A DNA stretch of 64,000 bases from an uncultured delta proteobacterium (lineage in GTDB: Bacteria > Myxococcota_A > Polyangia > Fen-1088). The notes under the pieces are model-generated. The model did no database searches. It saw only the letters and a list, made by a program, of their open reading frames with translations, and was not told the origin of the DNA. How positions within the stretch are numbered: the first letter of the stretch is position 1; each line of letters opens with the position of its first letter. The stretch spans positions 64,001 through 128,000 of the forward strand of contig CAVWIP010000002.1 of NCBI GenBank assembly GCA_963755125.1. Direction: 5' to 3'. Below are positions 60,332-64,000 of this stretch, piece after piece. Made by a program: the position numbers and the translations under genes.

Positions 60332-62335
60332 TCATTCACAGTGGATGGGGACTGCGACCCTCTTGCTGGTGAGCGCCGCATATTCCCCTTCGCCCTTCAT
60401 CTCCCAGCCGATGAAGCTGGGTTTGCCGTCGCAGAAAGCCGGGCCGTTGCCCTCGGCGGTGTCTTTGGGCGAGTCGAGCCGGATGTTCAGCGAGTAGAAA
60501 GGGTTCCTGTTGTTCAGGGCTTGCTCGGCGGTTTGGCCCTGGAAGAGATCCACTCTCAGCCGCGAGGTCTCGAAGCCCTTGGCACAGGCCTGCCAAGCCG
60601 GATCGACCTGGATGGTGAACCTGGCTTTCTTCTCGGAAAACGGTCCATAGTTCGCGGGCGTCTGGCCCTTCTTCCAGTCGAACGCCAGGGCCGTGCGCGT
60701 CTTGCCGGGGTCGAAAGGACAGCGACAGCCCTGGTGCTGCTCCAGCGAGCGCAGGACGAGCGTCTCTTTCGTGTGGTAACGCTCGGACATATCTTTCATT
60801 GGCCCCTTGAGGCACCAGCACAGCATCGCGTAGGCGTGATCCAGACCGGCAGCCTCGGTTTCCTCCAGCTTGTGCAGGCGCCGGTCCAGGTTGTCGCAAA
60901 AGTCCCGCCCTTTCTCGGTGACGGGCTCGCGCCCGAGCGCCTTGGCGAAACGCGCGGCCACGTGCTTTTGCACGTCCGGGCTGGCGTGTCGTTTCGCCTC
61001 GTCGAACACGGCATCCCACATGCGGCCATCGTACCATCCGCGCATGGCCTCGGGCAGCCTGGGTTCGATGCGCAGAAGGAACTCGGGATCGTCGATGGGC
61101 ATGAAGTGCTGGTACAGGTGGTTGAGCGCCCCGGGCTTGCTGGCCGCGGGCAGGGTCTCGTAGGCGAAGACCAGCCGCTTGAGGCGCAGCTCGTCCCCGC
61201 CGTGATCGCGGGCCGCCAGCAGATCCCTCAGGCAGCCCACGCAGGGGGTGATCTGGTGTGACTTGAGCACGTAGTCCCACTCTGGCGCCGTGACCTTGTC
61301 GTCGCTGGCGAAGAAGCTGGCGAGGCGACCGTCCTGCCCCATGAAGTTGCCCGTGCGATGGAGCGATTCGACCGGGTACAGCTTGCGAAGCAGGTCGCCG
61401 ATGGCCGTGGTGTCGGTCTTCATCTTCTTCAATTTCCACAGCATCGCGATGTTCACGTCGTCGGCGGCGCCGAAGCGGGCGCCGGGAGGACAGCGTTGCA
61501 TGGCAGCCAGAAGTCGCTGTACGCCTGCCGAGGTGTCGAGATCCTTGGCCCAGGCCGCGTCGTGGACCGAGAACACCAGGAAGCGATCGTGTACGTAGTC
61601 GCGCACTTTTTGGATGCGGCCAATCAGGGTCTTGGTCTGGCGCAGATCCTCGCGCATGCCCGCGGGCAGCCGCGTGTAGTACTCCCAGTCGCTGGATTCG
61701 AAGCGGATGGGATCCTTGGTCTCGAAGGAGTCGAGGCCGGCGTGCAGCTTGGCATCGAGTGCCATGATGGCCGGGGTGGGGCGGATGTCGATGCTCCGGC
61801 AATCGGTCAAGGCCCGATCGAGCGCGTCGCGTCTGACTTTAAAAGCCTCGGCGCTGTGGCCGCGCGCGCGGGCGTATTCGTCGATGTCGGTCTCGCAGCG
61901 CGCGGGATCCTCGAATTTCTCGTCGGCGTAGCGCGGGCACTCGGCTTCCTCGTCGGCCTTGGAATAGAACACCTGCACCCAGGCGCGGCAGCCTGACGGG
62001 CCGCAGTCCACGTTCTTGAACTTGATGGTGGGCTCGTTCTTGCGGATGCGACGGCAGCGCTCGGTCACCTGTCTCTCCATGCCAACGCCGGAGAGGGTCT
62101 CCTTGGTCTTGAGCACGGATTCGACCTCCACGCCACACACCTTGCAAATCTTGTCGTTGCAAACACCGAAGGCAGCGGCGAGCGCCGCCGCTTCGCTCGG
62201 ACCCGCGCCTTCGCAAGTGAAGGTATGGCCAGTCTTGTCAGCGGCGTCGGGCTGCTTGGCCCAATCAGGCTGCGCGATAGCAGGTTTTGCGAGGAGCAGG
62301 GGAACGAGCGAAAAGGAAAGGATGATGGGTCGCAC
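60332..62335 (-). CDS. Hypothetical secreted Cys-rich protein; start approximate
   Basis: Signal peptide ending AIA-QPDW; long open frame with high-GC codon bias. Confidence 0.7.
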   Translation of the reverse strand: MRPIILSFSLVPLLLAKPAIAQPDWAKQPDAADKTGHTFTCEGAGPSEAAALAAAFGVCNDKICKVCGVEVESVLKTKETLSGVGMERQVTERCRRIRKNEPTIKFKNVDCGPSGCRAWVQVFYSKADEEAECPRYADEKFEDPARCETDIDEYARARGHSAEAFKVRRDALDRALTDCRSIDIRPTPAIMALDAKLHAGLDSFETKDPIRFESSDWEYYTRLPAGMREDLRQTKTLIGRIQKVRDYVHDRFLVFSVHDAAWAKDLDTSAGVQRLLAAMQRCPPGARFGAADDVNIAMLWKLKKMKTDTTAIGDLLRKLYPVESLHRTGNFMGQDGRLASFFASDDKVTAPEWDYVLKSHQITPCVGCLRDLLAARDHGGDELRLKRLVFAYETLPAASKPGALNHLYQHFMPIDDPEFLLRIEPRLPEAMRGWYDGRMWDAVFDEAKRHASPDVQKHVAARFAKALGREPVTEKGRDFCDNLDRRLHKLEETEAAGLDHAYAMLCWCLKGPMKDMSERYHTKETLVLRSLEQHQGCRCPFDPGKTRTALAFDWKKGQTPANYGPFSEKKARFTIQVDPAWQACAKGFETSRLRVDLFQGQTAEQALNNRNPFYSLNIRLDSPKDTAEGNGPAFCDGKPSFIGWEMKGEGEYAALTSKRVAVPIHCE

Positions 62336-62495
62336 ACCGCGAGCTTGCCGCGAGGAAGATGAGAAAGGAAGGCCCCACTCGAAGCAAGTGTCGTGGTCGT
62401 GGCCGTGGTCGTGGTCGACGGTGATTTCCCCACTATTGACGCCGGGGCCGCGCACCCGCACGATGTTGCCTAGCCAGTCGGAGGGAGGAAGAACC

Positions 62496-64000
62496 GTGCT
62501 CACACGCTCTCGGAAACTAGCTTTTCTTGTCTTGGCCTCGGTCATCCTGGCCGGGGCCGCCTGCCACAACCCGAACGCCGCCCACGTCGTGCAGGTGACC
62601 CCGCACGGCGAGGCCAAGCCCGAGGATCTCCGCGCCGGCGTGCGCATCAGTTTCGATCGCCCGGTGGTGGACGCCTCCGCGCTCGGCGCGCAACTCCTTC
62701 CGCCCCCGGTGGTGCTGACCCCGGGCGTGCCCGGCACGACGGTGTGGCTGGATCAGCAGACCCTGGTATTCACGCCCGCGCAGAAGCTGCAACCGTCCAC
62801 GCGCTATCAGGTCGCGCTGGCACCCGCGGCTCTGGGCAAGACGCTGGCACCAGTGGAGTCGTGGGCCGGCGACTCATTCGTATACGAACGCCTGCGCGTG
62901 CGGCACGTGACCTTCCCGGGGCCCGGGCCGCAGTTCCAAAGCACAGAGCCCGTGGTTCGGGTCGACTTCAGCGAGCCGGTCGATCCGGCCCAGGTGGCCA
63001 AAGGCTGCCGCTTCGTCGCCGAGCGGGGCAAGACCATCGAGGCCCGCGTGGGCGCGCCTGCTGCCGTCGGCGCCGAAGAATCGGAGGGCGACGCGCAGGA
63101 ATTCCAGCCGGGCAGGGCCATGCGGGTGCGACTGGCGCCGGTGGGGAAGCTGGAGCCGGGAACTGGCTACAAGCTGCACTGCCCGGCCGGCCTTTTGCCC
63201 ACGACGGGCAGTGAGGGCCTGGCCGAGGACATGGAGTCGGCATTCCAAACCTACGGCCCCCTGCGCGTGGTCAAGGTCAGTCCCGACGGCCACGACGTGA
63301 TTCCCGACGACGCGGTGGTGAAGGTCGAGTTTTCCACGCCGGTCGATCCCGAGCAGGTGCGCCAGCACGTCAAGCTGGACGTGGAGCGCGACAAGGGCAA
63401 GGCGCCGCCCAGCTTTGAAGCCAACGGGCTGCGCACGTTGTATTCATGGAAGGGCAATCTCGAACCCTCGACCTGGTACAATCTGGTGGTCGTCGGCGAG
63501 ATCAAGGACATCTTCGGCCAGAAGCTGGGGGCTGACGAAAGCCACGGTTTCCGGTCCGGCGACGGAGGGCCGCGCCTGAACGTGGAACGCGGCATCTACG
63601 CGGTCGAGCGCAGCAGCGGCAAGTATTCGGTGTGGACGCGCAATCTGCACGGGTTCAGCGTGACCTGCTCGCGCATCCCCGAGGCTAAGCTGGCCACCCT
63701 GCTGGCCGGCCCGGTGAACTTCGATTCCTGGTACGGCAGCGAGGACAAGCCGGTCGACTACCGTGCGCTGGGCGTGCGGCCGGCCTACCGGCGCATCAAG
63801 ACCACCGGATCGGTGAAGAACAAGTGGCACGACGACAGCCTGGCGCTGGCCTCGGTTTGCGGCGAATCGTCGTCGCCACCCGCGCCGGCGGGGCAGGGCA
63901 AGCCGGCGGCGGAATCCGCGGCTGCCGAGAGCGAAGCCCCGGCCGCAGCGCCGCAGGCCGGGCCGGCGCCCGGCGGCGTGTACCTGCTGGAGCTCGATTC
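62496..64000 (+). CDS. Alpha-2-macroglobulin-like / Ig-like (Big_5) domain lipoprotein, 3'-partial
   Basis: GGAGG RBS, lipobox GAAC, ISFDRPV...WLDQQTLVFTP...L.PSTRY repeats; runs off the window so it is absent from the ORF track. Confidence 0.75.
   Translation, partial: MLTRSRKLAFLVLASVILAGAACHNPNAAHVVQVTPHGEAKPEDLRAGVRISFDRPVVDASALGAQLLPPPVVLTPGVPGTTVWLDQQTLVFTPAQKLQPSTRYQVALAPAALGKTLAPVESWAGDSFVYERLRVRHVTFPGPGPQFQSTEPVVRVDFSEPVDPAQVAKGCRFVAERGKTIEARVGAPAAVGAEESEGDAQEFQPGRAMRVRLAPVGKLEPGTGYKLHCPAGLLPTTGSEGLAEDMESAFQTYGPLRVVKVSPDGHDVIPDDAVVKVEFSTPVDPEQVRQHVKLDVERDKGKAPPSFEANGLRTLYSWKGNLEPSTWYNLVVVGEIKDIFGQKLGADESHGFRSGDGGPRLNVERGIYAVERSSGKYSVWTRNLHGFSVTCSRIPEAKLATLLAGPVNFDSWYGSEDKPVDYRALGVRPAYRRIKTTGSVKNKWHDDSLALASVCGESSSPPAPAGQGKPAAESAAAESEAPAAAPQAGPAPGGVYLLELD

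Overview
High-GC bacterial chromosomal window, most likely Myxococcota/Polyangia (inferred from Gly/Thr-rich lipoprotein CAZymes and the integrase type). After a GH3 beta-glucosidase, a tRNA-Pro(TGG) at 2720-2792 anchors an ~11.5 kb integrated element (43-bp att repeat at 2751-2793 and 14232-14274). The att site lies inside the tyrosine integrase gene: joining the two ends fuses the integrase in frame to an excisionase-like HTH domain. The element is decayed: an IS21 abuts the truncated integrase and an IS3 splits a ~1106-aa gene. It carries a Cys-rich CxC-repeat protein next to a radical SAM/SPASM enzyme, a candidate peptide-modification system. A degenerate third att copy at ~29907-30025 suggests an older tandem island (14275-30025) carrying GH54, GH5 and GH2 lipoproteins, an IS630, a PEP-utilising enzyme pair and a spermidine-synthase-like fusion. 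The remainder holds an LPP20/CsgG lipoprotein cluster, hypA-hypB-hypF (hypB has an in-frame palindromic insert), an asnB/glycosyltransferase/flippase cluster, tandem porins, a hybrid histidine kinase, a second radical SAM locus (unusual lipoprotein-like protein, two rSAM/SPASM genes, sulfatase-like gene) and the start of an alpha-2-macroglobulin-like gene. All calls come from reading motifs by eye; no database search was run.
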